From Deltaproteobacteria bacterium (GTDB taxonomy: Bacteria; CALINM01): a stretch of 64,000 nucleotides of DNA. This document shows positions 9,898-20,301 of this stretch, in pieces; positions within the stretch are counted from its first letter, which is position 1, and the number at the start of each line of letters is the position of its first letter. The translations under genes were made by a program, and so were the position numbers. The notes beneath the pieces were generated by a model. It worked only from the letters and a program-made list of their open reading frames with translations, made no database searches and had not been told where the DNA came from. Location: positions 3,758 to 67,757 of the forward strand of contig JBBIPZ010000007.1 in assembly GCA_037442505.1 (NCBI GenBank). The letters are read 5' to 3'.

Positions 9898-10956
9898 ATG
9901 ATGAGAAGATTTTTATTCTGGATGGCCGTTTTTTTTGGAATTTTCTTAACAATATATTCGGTAAGAATTTTGGTTAGAGAACGCGATATGGCAAGGGTAA
10001 ATGTCAAACAATTTAAAAAAGATTTTTTTACTGTAACTTCTCCTGATCTTTTTGCCGAAAGAAATATATTAGAAGTTTTTTACAAACGCTATGGTGTTAA
10101 ACTTAAGTTTAGTTTTAAAAATAATTTTGAAGACTATTTGGCACTGAAATGGGATAGTGATGCTGTTATTTATCCCTCATTTGTCTATGATAATTTAATG
10201 CAATCACAAATGCTTAAGGTGATAGACGTACAAAAGATTCCAAATATTAAGTCGTTAATGGAAGACACTAAGTCAGAAATGATGGGAAAATATAATAAAA
10301 GTGGAGTTTATGCTATTCCTGTAGCGTATGCCCCTTATGCGATGTTTTTTAGTAAGTCACAACTTAAAGAATCTACATCTGGAAAAGAAATTATCGCTCT
10401 TACTCCTTCTATAGCTTTAGCTGACAACATTGGTTCACTTTTGATGCTTTGTAAGATTTACAAACTTCCTGTTCAAGAAACATCTATTAAGCAGCTGAAA
10501 AAAATTTTAAAGAACAAAACAGTTACATTTTTTAATCCAGACGAACCGATAAGTATGTCAAAGATACTTACTGAAGCCAAACCACGTCTTATACTTGCTC
10601 CCTCATATAACAAAAATATTCTTGAAAGGGAGTTCGGTAGCTTTGAAATGATACTGCCATCAGAAGGAAGTTATGCAGAAAAGTACCTTGTTTCGCTTCT
10701 GAAAGACGATGAGACAGAACTTTCTCACGTGTTTTTAAATCATCTGATTGAGCCATTAATACATAGAAACCTTGCGGAGGTTATGGGCATTGGTATTACG
10801 AACTATGCTGCGATGTCAAATATCACGCCAGTTCTTTATAACGGTTTAAAAATGAACGATCCTGAATATTTGAAAGATATGTTTGTGATTAATAGTGAAA
10901 AAGATTATGCGAATGCTAAGAGAGTTTTTGAACAGTTAAAAGCTGATGTTAAATAG
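9898..10956 (+). CDS. Membrane-anchored PotD/PotF-like family-1 solute-binding protein (orphan, no cognate PotABC)
   Basis: N-terminal TM helix, then a PotD-like pattern (LEVFYKRYGVKLKF...WDSDAVIYPS...GVYAIPVAYAPYAMFF). Confidence 0.4.
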   Translation: MMRRFLFWMAVFFGIFLTIYSVRILVRERDMARVNVKQFKKDFFTVTSPDLFAERNILEVFYKRYGVKLKFSFKNNFEDYLALKWDSDAVIYPSFVYDNLMQSQMLKVIDVQKIPNIKSLMEDTKSEMMGKYNKSGVYAIPVAYAPYAMFFSKSQLKESTSGKEIIALTPSIALADNIGSLLMLCKIYKLPVQETSIKQLKKILKNKTVTFFNPDEPISMSKILTEAKPRLILAPSYNKNILEREFGSFEMILPSEGSYAEKYLVSLLKDDETELSHVFLNHLIEPLIHRNLAEVMGIGITNYAAMSNITPVLYNGLKMNDPEYLKDMFVINSEKDYANAKRVFEQLKADVK

Positions 10957-10992
10957 TAGATTTTAAATGCCTCAAATATAAATTTAAAGACG

Positions 10993-12429
10993 TTAGGCAA
11001 TTTGATTTAAATTATAGCGTTCTTTAAGGATGTTTTGTAAAGTTTTAATTGTCTTTAAACCTATTTTAAGGCGTTCCATTTCGATATGATTCAGGTCATC
11101 AGGTGATATGTAGTTTGATGGGTCTCTGCCATTAGCAATATCCATTAATTGAGATTTAAGACGTATATGTAGAAAAAAATTGAAACTCGTATCTATTTCA
11201 AGCAGTTCCTCGTCTGACAAAATTCTTAGCTCCATAAGTTTATTGATCTTTGCCTTTGTGCCGCTATCAATGATTCCAGCATCCAATGCAAGTACCTTTA
11301 CTCCTTCTGTTATGGGGAATATTCCAGCCTTTTTAACATCAAACCTGCCTTTATAATTGCCAGTTTTTTCAACTTTTATATTGCCAAAAAATGTAATTGG
11401 TGGGGGAAAGCGAAGTACATTTTTAGCCATGTGTGCAAGAAACAGTTTATTTTCATTTACTAAATTAAGAACAGTTTGTTTGAGTGATTTTTCAAAAGAA
11501 GGATTACCATAAATTGTTCTCAAATCAGAGAACATACTGTAGTTTAGAGTATTTTCTGGTTCAGGAATTTTTATCCACTTAGACAAAGAAATCTTCCACT
11601 GTGATAGGCTTTTTCGCCAGCTTGCATTTTTTGCCATAATGCCACCAGAACATTCAGGAATACCAATATAGATTAAGTTATCAATGATTTTTTGCGAAAA
11701 ATCCTCAATAAGCTTAACATCTCTATCGTCAAGTGCATCGTTATATACAATTGCGTTATCTTGGTCAGTTTTCAGAGTTTGCTCCATTCTTCCTTCACTC
11801 CCCAAAACAAGAAAAGAAAAGCCCTCTGGCAATTCAAGATAATTATCTTTGATAGTAATTGCAATCGTCTGCAAAATAAGAGAATCATTTATATGAGATA
11901 TAAAACGAATGATATCATGAGTTCTTATGCCAGATCTTAACATATACTGCAATAAGCTCGTAGATTTTTTGTTTATTTTTCGAAGATCGTCAAGATTATT
12001 TGCGTATTCTAACTCTCTAATAAAATAAAGAGGGGTGTTGGTTTGAAACTTTATGATATCTGTGTCTGTTATAATTCCAGAAAGCTGTCCCATCTCGTTT
12101 ACAACAACAAGCCGGTGGATGTTTTGTTTAGTCATTCTGTAAATTGCTTCAAAGATATAATCTTCTTCTCTAATCGTCATGACTGGAAAAGACATTATTT
12201 CAGAAATTTTTATGTTAGTGGAACGCCTTTCAGCGATAACCTTGTTTCTAAAATCTCTATCTGTCACTACACCAACGGGTATCCTGTCTTCACAGACCAC
12301 AATGCCAGAGACTTTTTTTTCCTTCATATATTTTGCGACTTCATCTAAGGATGCGGATGGAGAACATGTATACACATCTTTTTTGCTTAACTCTTTTACT
12401 TTAACGAAGAATAAGGATGTATCATTCAT
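10993..12429 (-). CDS. CBS-pair protein with a DUF294 putative nucleotidyltransferase domain
   Basis: Two CBS motifs at the N-terminus, then GSEGRMEQTLKTDQDNAIVY nucleotidyltransferase-like motif and a DUF294 C-terminal region. Confidence 0.6.
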   Translation of the reverse strand: MNDTSLFFVKVKELSKKDVYTCSPSASLDEVAKYMKEKKVSGIVVCEDRIPVGVVTDRDFRNKVIAERRSTNIKISEIMSFPVMTIREEDYIFEAIYRMTKQNIHRLVVVNEMGQLSGIITDTDIIKFQTNTPLYFIRELEYANNLDDLRKINKKSTSLLQYMLRSGIRTHDIIRFISHINDSLILQTIAITIKDNYLELPEGFSFLVLGSEGRMEQTLKTDQDNAIVYNDALDDRDVKLIEDFSQKIIDNLIYIGIPECSGGIMAKNASWRKSLSQWKISLSKWIKIPEPENTLNYSMFSDLRTIYGNPSFEKSLKQTVLNLVNENKLFLAHMAKNVLRFPPPITFFGNIKVEKTGNYKGRFDVKKAGIFPITEGVKVLALDAGIIDSGTKAKINKLMELRILSDEELLEIDTSFNFFLHIRLKSQLMDIANGRDPSNYISPDDLNHIEMERLKIGLKTIKTLQNILKERYNLNQIA

Positions 12430-12454
12430 AATTCAAATTATAAAGGATTCGCAA

Positions 12455-12490
12455 ACAAAAAAAAAGGGTGTATCTTGGCGATACACCCTT
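12455..12490 (-). terminator. Intrinsic terminator after actP
   Basis: Perfect 11-bp stem AAGGGTGTATC-ttggc-GATACACCCTT followed by a T9 run on the minus strand. Confidence 0.65.
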
Positions 12491-12506
12491 TTGTAAAATA
12501 TACGAT

Positions 12507-14174
12507 TTAATGGAAAGAATCAAATTCGTCAGTAAGTTTTACTGGATAACGAAGGTGGTCAACCAGTTCCATAATTTTTTGTGATGGTGGCGGTGTTACT
12601 GCAGAAATTATCCAGCAGGAGAGAAAATTAAAAATCATACCAAACAGCCCTGCACCCTGGTCTTTAACACCTAATATGGGTTCTATTTTAGTTGGCCAAC
12701 CGAATTTTACGCTCGTAATATAGAATATGGTTATAAGTAATCCACCAAGCATACCAACCATCGCACCCTGTTTGTTTGTTCTTTTGTAAAAGACACCCAT
12801 AACGATTGCAGGGAAAAACGATGCTGCAGCAAGTGAGAATGCCCAGGCAACGATCTGGACGATAAAACCGATATTTTGCGAAGCGATTAATCCTGCTATT
12901 ACAGCAAACACACCGATAAGGGATTTACCCAAGATAACGCGTTGTGTTTCTGTAGCTTTAGGATTAATCATTCTGTAATAAAGGTCATGTGAAATAGCAG
13001 ATGCAATAACCATCAAAAGGCCATCAGCTGTCGAAATAGCTGCCGCTAAACCGCCTGCTGCAACCAGTGCAGAAACAATGTATGGTAGCTGTGCTATTTC
13101 TGGCATCGAGAGAACTACAACATCTCTGTGGATATTTAGTTCTGCGAACTGCAAGATGCCATCACCATTTGTATCGGTAACTTTAATCAAGCCTGCTTTA
13201 CCCCATGCAGCAACCCAATCAGGAAGTGCTGTAATTGATTTTCCAACAATATCGTGTAAAACGACATATTTCTGAAATGCTGCATAAGCAGGAGCTGTAA
13301 TGTAAAGTGCTCCGATAAAAATGAGTGCCCAACCAGCAGAATATCTTGATGCTCTAACAGATGGAACCGTGAAGAATCTCATCATAATATGGGGTAGCCC
13401 AGCTGTTCCGACCATTAAGATCAATGTAAGAACCCACATATCTACTGAATTTAGTTTTGTAAATGGCTCGATGTAAAGAGGTTTGATATTAAGTTCTTGC
13501 TCTTTTGCTACGATTTTATAAAGCAGATCACCGTAAGCAAGTTGTGGTAATGGATGTCCATACATTTTAAGACATAGAGCAGTAACAGGAATTAAATAAC
13601 CAATAATAAGGACGATATACTGAGCGCACTGTGTCCACGTGATACTTTTCATCCCACCCATAACTGTGGATGCAACAACAATTAATATTCCAACAGCGAT
13701 AGCAGCTCCCATTGGAAAGCCCAGCAATCTTGCCATGATTATACCTGCGCCTGCAACCTGTGCAATACAGTAAGTAAGACTGATAACTATAGCGCATATA
13801 ATAGCAACAACCCTTGCGGCATGACTTTCGTATCTATCACCTATAAAGTCTGGAGCAGTGTATTTTCCAAACTTTCTCAAATATGGTGCAAGAACGAGTG
13901 CCAACAATACGTAACCACCTGTCCATCCCATAATATAAGCTAAACCATCATAACCCAAGGCATTTAGCGCACCAGCCATACTAATAAATGAAGCCGCACT
14001 CATCCAGTCTGCGCCAACCGCCATACCATTCCATACTGTAGGAACTCTTCTACCTGCGACATAAAAGTCATCGGATTTTTTTGCCCTTGTAGAGAAGGCT
14101 ATGTACAAGAACGCAATGAACGTTCCAAAAACAACTATATAACCAATCATCTGATTACTCATAATTAATACCAC
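12507..14174 (-). CDS. actP: Sodium:solute symporter family transporter (cation/acetate symporter ActP-like)
   Basis: 555 aa, SSF-type topology and motifs, preceded by a DUF4212 small subunit gene. Confidence 0.8.
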   Translation of the reverse strand: MVLIMSNQMIGYIVVFGTFIAFLYIAFSTRAKKSDDFYVAGRRVPTVWNGMAVGADWMSAASFISMAGALNALGYDGLAYIMGWTGGYVLLALVLAPYLRKFGKYTAPDFIGDRYESHAARVVAIICAIVISLTYCIAQVAGAGIIMARLLGFPMGAAIAVGILIVVASTVMGGMKSITWTQCAQYIVLIIGYLIPVTALCLKMYGHPLPQLAYGDLLYKIVAKEQELNIKPLYIEPFTKLNSVDMWVLTLILMVGTAGLPHIMMRFFTVPSVRASRYSAGWALIFIGALYITAPAYAAFQKYVVLHDIVGKSITALPDWVAAWGKAGLIKVTDTNGDGILQFAELNIHRDVVVLSMPEIAQLPYIVSALVAAGGLAAAISTADGLLMVIASAISHDLYYRMINPKATETQRVILGKSLIGVFAVIAGLIASQNIGFIVQIVAWAFSLAAASFFPAIVMGVFYKRTNKQGAMVGMLGGLLITIFYITSVKFGWPTKIEPILGVKDQGAGLFGMIFNFLSCWIISAVTPPPSQKIMELVDHLRYPVKLTDEFDSFH

Positions 14175-14192
14175 CTCCCTTTTTTTTTAAAT

Positions 14193-14459
14193 TTATTCTT
14201 CTTCTGCAAAACCGTATTGTTTGTCCAGCTTGTCCATATACTTTGCATAAAAGAAAATCTCAGCAATAAAAATAATTACTGACCCCTGTGCCCCCATGTA
14301 GTATCCCATAGGAAACCCTAAAAAATTAATCTCATTCAAGCTTCTAACCACCATGATAGCACCCAGCGAAACGATAAACCAGATCACAATTAGAATTAAA
14401 ATAATAGTTACATTCTTCTTGTGATACTCTTCTAACTTAGCCTTATCAATTGTTGCCAT
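14193..14459 (-). CDS. Solute:sodium symporter small subunit (DUF4212-like)
   Basis: Start chosen at internal MATIDKAK, which has SD GGAGGTG 6 nt upstream. Motif FLGFPMGYYMGAQGS. Confidence 0.6.
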   Translation of the reverse strand: MATIDKAKLEEYHKKNVTIILILIVIWFIVSLGAIMVVRSLNEINFLGFPMGYYMGAQGSVIIFIAEIFFYAKYMDKLDKQYGFAEEE

Positions 14460-14788
14460 GCTTATCACCTCCTTTCTTTTAGTAGTTGCTAAAAATCTGT
14501 TTTTTTGACCTCCCTCCCTAAATATCAGACTTTTTAGCACCATCTTTTATTTAGTTTTCAATTTAAAAAATTGTTTTATTTTTGTCAATAAAAAAATGTT
14601 CTATTCCTATGATATTTTTTTCACAAGCGTTTAATTGATTAAAATTAAGATATTTTTTGTAATAAAAAAATATGTAAAATATTTCATATGGTTATGCAAA
14701 ATCATAAAAAGTAAACAACTTTAGAAAAATTAAGTCAAAAAAAGATGACGTTGATTTTTCCAATCTAACTTTGATAGACTTTACAGTG

Positions 14789-15559
14789 ATGAAAGTTTTT
14801 GTCGCGATATTTGTATTTTTTTTCGGAGCAGTAATTGGGAGCTTTCTCAATGTATGCATTTATCGTATTCCTCGCAAGATATCCATTGTTTTCCCTTCAT
14901 CATTTTGTCCTGCATGTAATAAGCCAGTTCCTACGCAATATAACATCCCTCTTTTAGGTTTTATCATATTATCTGGAAAATGCAAGTTTTGTGGGAAAAA
15001 AATTTCTTTTCGTTATCCATTTGTTGAGTTTGTTACCGGTTTAGCTGCGTTATTTTGTTATATATCGTTCACACCTTTACATGCACTTATCAACTTCTGT
15101 TTTATATCAGTACTTATTATTATTACATTTATAGACCTTGATTTTCAGATAATACCAGATGTGTTAAGTTTGCCAGGGATTGTAATAGCAGCTCTTATTT
15201 CATACTTTTTTTTTAACAGAAGTTTCACTTCAATTATCGTTGCTATTTTGGTGGGTGGTGGGATATTTTATTTAATTGGCGTTGTTTATGAGTTTCTTGC
15301 GAAACGTGAAGGTTTGGGTGGTGGGGACGTAAAACTTCTGGCATTTTTCGGTGCCTTCTTGGGGCTTAAATCTATACCTTTTATCATTTTAGTTAGTTCT
15401 TTAACTGGGACGATTGTTGGTGTATATCTTATGCTTTTTAAAGGTAAAAATTCTACGTTTGCAATTCCTTTTGGTCCCTTTCTATCTGGCGCTGCCTTTT
15501 TATACCTGTTTTTTGGTGAAAAGATAATAAACTGGTATTTAACCTTGTTTTTAAGATGA
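14789..15559 (+). CDS. pilD: Type IV prepilin peptidase (A24 family)
   Basis: MKVFVAIFVFFFGAVIGSFLNVCIYRIP, then a CPACNK...CKFCGK zinc-binding N-domain and a polytopic C-domain. The ORF could instead start at TTG 14771. Confidence 0.85.
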   Translation: MKVFVAIFVFFFGAVIGSFLNVCIYRIPRKISIVFPSSFCPACNKPVPTQYNIPLLGFIILSGKCKFCGKKISFRYPFVEFVTGLAALFCYISFTPLHALINFCFISVLIIITFIDLDFQIIPDVLSLPGIVIAALISYFFFNRSFTSIIVAILVGGGIFYLIGVVYEFLAKREGLGGGDVKLLAFFGAFLGLKSIPFIILVSSLTGTIVGVYLMLFKGKNSTFAIPFGPFLSGAAFLYLFFGEKIINWYLTLFLR

Positions 15560-15603
15560 AAGATGCAGATTTTAAACAATTTTATTGTGTAAAAGGAGGG
15601 GTT

Positions 15604-16164
15604 ATGACGGTTTACGAAGCAATTTTAAAACGAAGAAGTGTTAGAAAATTTAAACAGAAAGATATTCCTGATGATGTGCTTTTAAAAATGCTTGAAGCAG
15701 CAAGATTTGCTCCGAGTTGGGCAAATACCCAGTGTTGGCGTTTTATTGTAGTTAAAGAACGCGAAACAAAGGAGAAAATTTCAGATGCCTTTCCGCCAAG
15801 AAATCCCGGTTTTTCAAGTCTTATTAGTGCCCCAGTTGTTATTGTTGCATTTGCTGAAAAGTTTAAGTCTGGTTTTTACAAGGGAGAGGCATCTACAAAC
15901 AAAGGTGAATACTGGTATATGTTTGATGTCGCATTGGCATTGCAGAATATGGTGTTAACTGCATGGGAAGATGGTATTGGTTCTGTCTATCTGGGTCTTT
16001 TTGATGCTCAAAAAGTTGCCAATACGTTGAACATACCAGTAGATTATGAGGTGGTTGCGATACTGCCTTTTGGTTATCCTGACGAAGAACCTAAATGTCC
16101 ACCAAGGAAAAATCTGGAAGAGATTGTGTTCTATGAAAACTATTCCGAGTCAAAGGTAGAATAA
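15604..16164 (+). CDS. Nitroreductase-family NAD(P)H oxidoreductase
   Basis: MTVYEAILKRRSVRKF start with SD AAGGAGGGG. The ORF track shows a longer frame from 15556. Confidence 0.75.
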   Translation: MTVYEAILKRRSVRKFKQKDIPDDVLLKMLEAARFAPSWANTQCWRFIVVKERETKEKISDAFPPRNPGFSSLISAPVVIVAFAEKFKSGFYKGEASTNKGEYWYMFDVALALQNMVLTAWEDGIGSVYLGLFDAQKVANTLNIPVDYEVVAILPFGYPDEEPKCPPRKNLEEIVFYENYSESKVE

Positions 16165-16835
16165 ATAAGTTTTTTTGCCAATAAATCTGCAAAATTGCGA
16201 TCGTAGGGAACTTGCTTTAATATAAAGGCAGGTTCTCTTTCAAGTTCAATAATTAAGTATTTTGCAAGGTTATCAGAATTGTCAGGAACACCTACGCTAC
16301 CGGGATTTAACACATAGCCCTCTCTTGTCTCGATAATCATTGGCTGATGGGTGTGCCCGCAAACTATTATATCAACCATATTTTCGTTAAGTAGATTTTC
16401 TAAATAAAATGTCGAAGTGTTGAAATATATATAATTAGCAATCCCTTTTGGACTTCCGTGAACAAGCAACATCCTTTTCTTTTCAAAATGTAGCTCTATC
16501 TTTTGTGGTAGCCCTGATAAAAAATCTTTTACTTTTTCTGAAAGATTTTGTCTTGTCCACTGAAACACCTTTCTTCGTTCCTCTGGTAGATCTTTCTTTA
16601 GATACAGGATGCCTTCTTTTTCCTCTTTGCAAAGACAGGCTTTATCATAATTTCCAAGAATTGTGATAATGTTTTTGTCTATAATAAACTCAATAACCTC
16701 TTCAATCTGGGGGTAGTATCCAACAAGGTCTCCAAGCGCATAAATCTGGGACACACCTTCACTCTTTATGTCGTTATAAACTGCTTCTAAGGCGATAAAG
16801 TTTGCATGAATATCAGAAACTATTGCAATTTTCAT
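16140..16835 (-). CDS. Calcineurin-like metallophosphoesterase (YfcE/MJ0936 family)
   Basis: MKIAIVSDIHAN...GDLVGY...GHTH motifs. Overlaps the convergent nitroreductase gene by 25 nt. Confidence 0.7.
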   Translation of the reverse strand: MKIAIVSDIHANFIALEAVYNDIKSEGVSQIYALGDLVGYYPQIEEVIEFIIDKNIITILGNYDKACLCKEEKEGILYLKKDLPEERRKVFQWTRQNLSEKVKDFLSGLPQKIELHFEKKRMLLVHGSPKGIANYIYFNTSTFYLENLLNENMVDIIVCGHTHQPMIIETREGYVLNPGSVGVPDNSDNLAKYLIIELEREPAFILKQVPYDRNFADLLAKKLIYSTFDSE

Positions 16836-16898
16836 AATAAATATGTATAAAGCTAATTATAGATTTTTTCAAGCAAAACTTTTTTAAAAGGATTAGCT

Positions 16899-18656
16899 AT
16901 GGCAACCGTTAGAAAAAAGTTGGGTGAGTTGCTTATTGAAGCTGGATATATTAATGAAAAGATCCTTGAAGAAGCATTGAAAAATGCTGCGATGACAGGC
17001 AAAAGGATAGGAGAGGTTTTAATATCAGAGGGTTACATTACAGAAGATTTAATCGCTAAAGCGCTTGGTGAACAGTATAGGATTCCTTATATCGGAGAAA
17101 ACATTCTGGATGTTGAAAAACGTTTTGTTGATTTGATGCCCTCAGAACTTGCTTATAAACTAAATGCCTTGCCTATTTATGACACGCATACGGAAGTAAC
17201 TGTCGCAATAGTAGATCCTTTAAACATCAATGTAATGGATGAACTTAAAAGGTTTTTTAAAAAGCGTATAAAACCCGTTGTTACAACCGAAACATTAATG
17301 AAACAGGCTCTGAACAAATTTTATGCTACAAAAGGTGAAGATCTGGACAGAATATTAAAGCAGATCGATTTGAGGTCGTATGAAGCGAGAGCCTCAGACG
17401 AATCGCCTGAAAGATTGATGAGATTAGCTGAAGAAGCTCCAATTGTCCAGATCGTTAATGGGGTATTGATACAAGCCACTAATGATAGGGCAAGCGATAT
17501 TCATTTAGAAGGTGTAGGCAACAAATTGAGAATACGGTTTAGAATAGATGGAGTGCTACATGATATTGTTGAACTACCGAGGGCGTTGATGAATCCTATA
17601 ATTTCAAGAATAAAGATTATGGCAGATATGGATATTTCTGAAAAAAGACTGCCTCAAGACGGTCATATGCAGATGGAGGTCAGATTTCAGGAAGGTAGAT
17701 ACACCCTTGTTAGAACTTTCGTTGGCAGGTCTGTGTTGCGTTATGAAGAGCTAGAAGTTATTGATATAAGGGTGTCAACTACGCCTACCATTCAGGGTGA
17801 AAAGGTTGTGTTAAGGCTTTTAAAAAAACGAGACGAATTGCTTAACCTTGAAAATTTGAACATGGAAAGAGAGACCGTTGTTCGTGTAAGAAAAGCCTTG
17901 AACAGACCTTATGGTATGATTCTTATATCAGGACCTACCGGTTCTGGTAAAACGACGACTGCGTATGCCTGTTTAAAATATATCCACAAGAAAGAAAAAA
18001 ACATTATAACGATAGAAGACCCTGTTGAGTATCAGTTTATGGGTATAAATCAAATACAGATTAATCCAAAAATCGGCTTAACATTTTCGAATGCTTTAAG
18101 AAGCATATTAAGGCAGGATCCTGACATTATTTTAGTAGGTGAAATAAGGGATAAAGAGACAGCTGAAATTGCAATACATGCGTCTTTAACCGGGCATATT
18201 GTGATTTCGACAATACATACAAACAATTCAATAGCAACTATAGCAAGACTTCAGGATATGGGTATTGAGCCGTACCTTATATCTTCTTCTATTTCGTGTA
18301 TTATGTCTCAAAGGCTTTTACGCAAGATTTGCCCTTACTGCAAGAAGGATTACACTCCTATGGAGTCATTGATTGCTGAACTAAAGCTCCCCCCATTTAC
18401 AAAATTTTACAGAGGTAAAGGATGTCAAAAGTGTCGCGAAACGGGTTATATAGACAGAGTTGGAATTTACGAACTGCTTATTTTTACTGACAGGATAAGA
18501 GAACTTGTGTTAGCTAAGGCAGGCACAAAAGAAATTGCCGAAGCTGCGAAAAAAGAAGGATTTATATCGCTTGCAGAGGCTGGTATCAGGCTTGTTGTCA
18601 GCGGTATAACAACTATTGATGAAGTTGTTTCAGCCACATTGGAAGAGGGACTCTGA
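16899..18656 (+). CDS. pilB: Type IV pilus / T2SS assembly ATPase (GspE/PilB) with N-terminal GspE_N domain
   Basis: Walker A GPTGSGKTTT, Asp/His boxes, and the tetracysteine CPYC...CQKC motif. Confidence 0.9.
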   Translation: MATVRKKLGELLIEAGYINEKILEEALKNAAMTGKRIGEVLISEGYITEDLIAKALGEQYRIPYIGENILDVEKRFVDLMPSELAYKLNALPIYDTHTEVTVAIVDPLNINVMDELKRFFKKRIKPVVTTETLMKQALNKFYATKGEDLDRILKQIDLRSYEARASDESPERLMRLAEEAPIVQIVNGVLIQATNDRASDIHLEGVGNKLRIRFRIDGVLHDIVELPRALMNPIISRIKIMADMDISEKRLPQDGHMQMEVRFQEGRYTLVRTFVGRSVLRYEELEVIDIRVSTTPTIQGEKVVLRLLKKRDELLNLENLNMERETVVRVRKALNRPYGMILISGPTGSGKTTTAYACLKYIHKKEKNIITIEDPVEYQFMGINQIQINPKIGLTFSNALRSILRQDPDIILVGEIRDKETAEIAIHASLTGHIVISTIHTNNSIATIARLQDMGIEPYLISSSISCIMSQRLLRKICPYCKKDYTPMESLIAELKLPPFTKFYRGKGCQKCRETGYIDRVGIYELLIFTDRIRELVLAKAGTKEIAEAAKKEGFISLAEAGIRLVVSGITTIDEVVSATLEEGL

Positions 18657-19867
18657 TGCCAAAATTTTTTTATAGGGCAAGAGATAGGCAGGGAAAACTT
18701 TACGAAAGCTTTGTTGAAGTCCCATCAAGAGAAGATGCTTTAAAGATTGTTGAAAACGAGGGGTTAATTCCGCTTGAGGTTAAAGCATCAAGGCATTTTT
18801 TTTTAAAATTTAATTTAAATTTGTTTTCTTCAATATCTAAAACAGACATCATACTTTTTTCAACACAGCTTGCAACCATGCTAAAGGCTGGACTTCCTAT
18901 TACAAGGTCTTTAAAGGCGATACAAACACAGATAAAGTATAAACGTTTTCGAGATGCGATAGATAATATAGTACAAAATATCGAAAGGGGAAGGTCATTT
19001 TACAATGCACTAAGCCAATACCCGCAGTTTTTTGACAGTATTTATGTTGCAACTGTTCAGATAGGAGAGGTTAGTGGAAACCTACCCGAAATATTATTGA
19101 GGCTTGCTGAAAGCATCGAGAAAGACGAGTCTGTGAAACAGAAGATAAAGAACGCAACCCTTTATCCCAAAATGGTTGTAGGGGCAATATTTGTAGCAAT
19201 TATCATTTTGATAACCTTTGTAATTCCCAAGTTTGCCGCGCTTTATAAAGGGTTTAAGGTACAGTTACCTTTGCCTACAAGAATATTGATTGGCATTTCT
19301 GGTTTTGTTCAACATCATTGGCTAATCATCTTACTTTTTTTTCTATGTATTGTAGGCTGTTTCATATATTTAAAGCACACTTCAACTGGAAGAAGGATTT
19401 ACGATCCAATGATATTAAAACTGCCAATTTTTGGTGATTTGGCACTTAAAATAATTATGGTTAGATTTTCACGTTTTTTTTCATTATTATTTTCAAGTGG
19501 TGTGGTTATAACAAATATTCTCGATTTGTTGAAAGATGCGCTTGGTAACGTCGTTTTTAAGAAAAAGGTGCAGGATATTAAAAAAGATATTCTTGCTGGT
19601 GTGAGCTTTAGTGAGGCTGTTAGTAAGACGGGTTTTTTTACGCCACTGGTTCAGGAGATGATTAATGTGGGCGAAGAAACTGGTTCACTTGACGAGATGC
19701 TAAAGAAAGTGTCAGATTTTTACGAAAATGAGTTAGACTTTACTATCAAAAATTTGACCACTTTGATTGAACCGATTATGCTTGTTGTGATATTTGGTAT
19801 GGTATTATTCCTTGCTTTAAGCGTTTTTCTGCCAATGTGGGATATGGTAAAGTTTGTTAAAACATGA
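18656..19867 (+). CDS. pilC: Type IV pilus / T2SS inner-membrane platform protein (GspF/PilC)
   Basis: 403 aa, duplicated T2SSF domains. Start overlaps the pilB stop. Confidence 0.85.
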   Translation: MPKFFYRARDRQGKLYESFVEVPSREDALKIVENEGLIPLEVKASRHFFLKFNLNLFSSISKTDIILFSTQLATMLKAGLPITRSLKAIQTQIKYKRFRDAIDNIVQNIERGRSFYNALSQYPQFFDSIYVATVQIGEVSGNLPEILLRLAESIEKDESVKQKIKNATLYPKMVVGAIFVAIIILITFVIPKFAALYKGFKVQLPLPTRILIGISGFVQHHWLIILLFFLCIVGCFIYLKHTSTGRRIYDPMILKLPIFGDLALKIIMVRFSRFFSLLFSSGVVITNILDLLKDALGNVVFKKKVQDIKKDILAGVSFSEAVSKTGFFTPLVQEMINVGEETGSLDEMLKKVSDFYENELDFTIKNLTTLIEPIMLVVIFGMVLFLALSVFLPMWDMVKFVKT

Positions 19868-20241
19868 TGAAGTTCGAGCGCTATAAAAGATACACCTCTT
19901 TTGAAAACGCCCTCGTGTTTATCTTTATCCTGATAGTAGCAACATTATTGTTTTCGTATTTCAAAAAGTATGAAGATGTTATAAAAACTAAAGTTGCGAA
20001 TGAACAATTGTATCAGATAAATACTGCCATAGTCATTTATACTATAACTAAGGGTAAATTTCCTGATGATATAAAACAGCTTGTTACTGAAAATATGGTA
20101 ACTATTTCTGGCGAAACGTTTTTTAACAAAAAGTATATAGAAGGTTTGACTTTTGATAATGAAGGCTTCCCAATAGATCCGTGGGGTAATAGATACCGGT
20201 ATGATAAAGCTAAGGGATTGGTGTTCTTAGAAAAAAAGTAA
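19864..20241 (+). CDS. GspG-like pseudopilin / pilin with an atypical class III signal
   Basis: Hydrophobic N-terminal helix and a C-terminal FPIDPWGNRYRY motif (the GspG DPWG signature). The canonical G-F-T-L-I-E cleavage motif is absent (KRYTSFENAL). Confidence 0.4.
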   Translation: MMKFERYKRYTSFENALVFIFILIVATLLFSYFKKYEDVIKTKVANEQLYQINTAIVIYTITKGKFPDDIKQLVTENMVTISGETFFNKKYIEGLTFDNEGFPIDPWGNRYRYDKAKGLVFLEKK

Positions 20242-20301
20242 ATTTTTCTTGACAAACCCCCACCTTTACTAAAATAATCTTTAGAAAAAATTAGGAGGAT
20301 A

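Noticed and set aside
16140-16164. The 25-nt overlap of the convergent nitroreductase and metallophosphoesterase genes, and the similar 20-nt overlap of the GGDEF gene and holA at 57881-57900, as possible antisense regulation
   Set aside because: Short convergent overlaps are common in compact genomes. There is no structured element, and alternative stop or start choices cannot be excluded.
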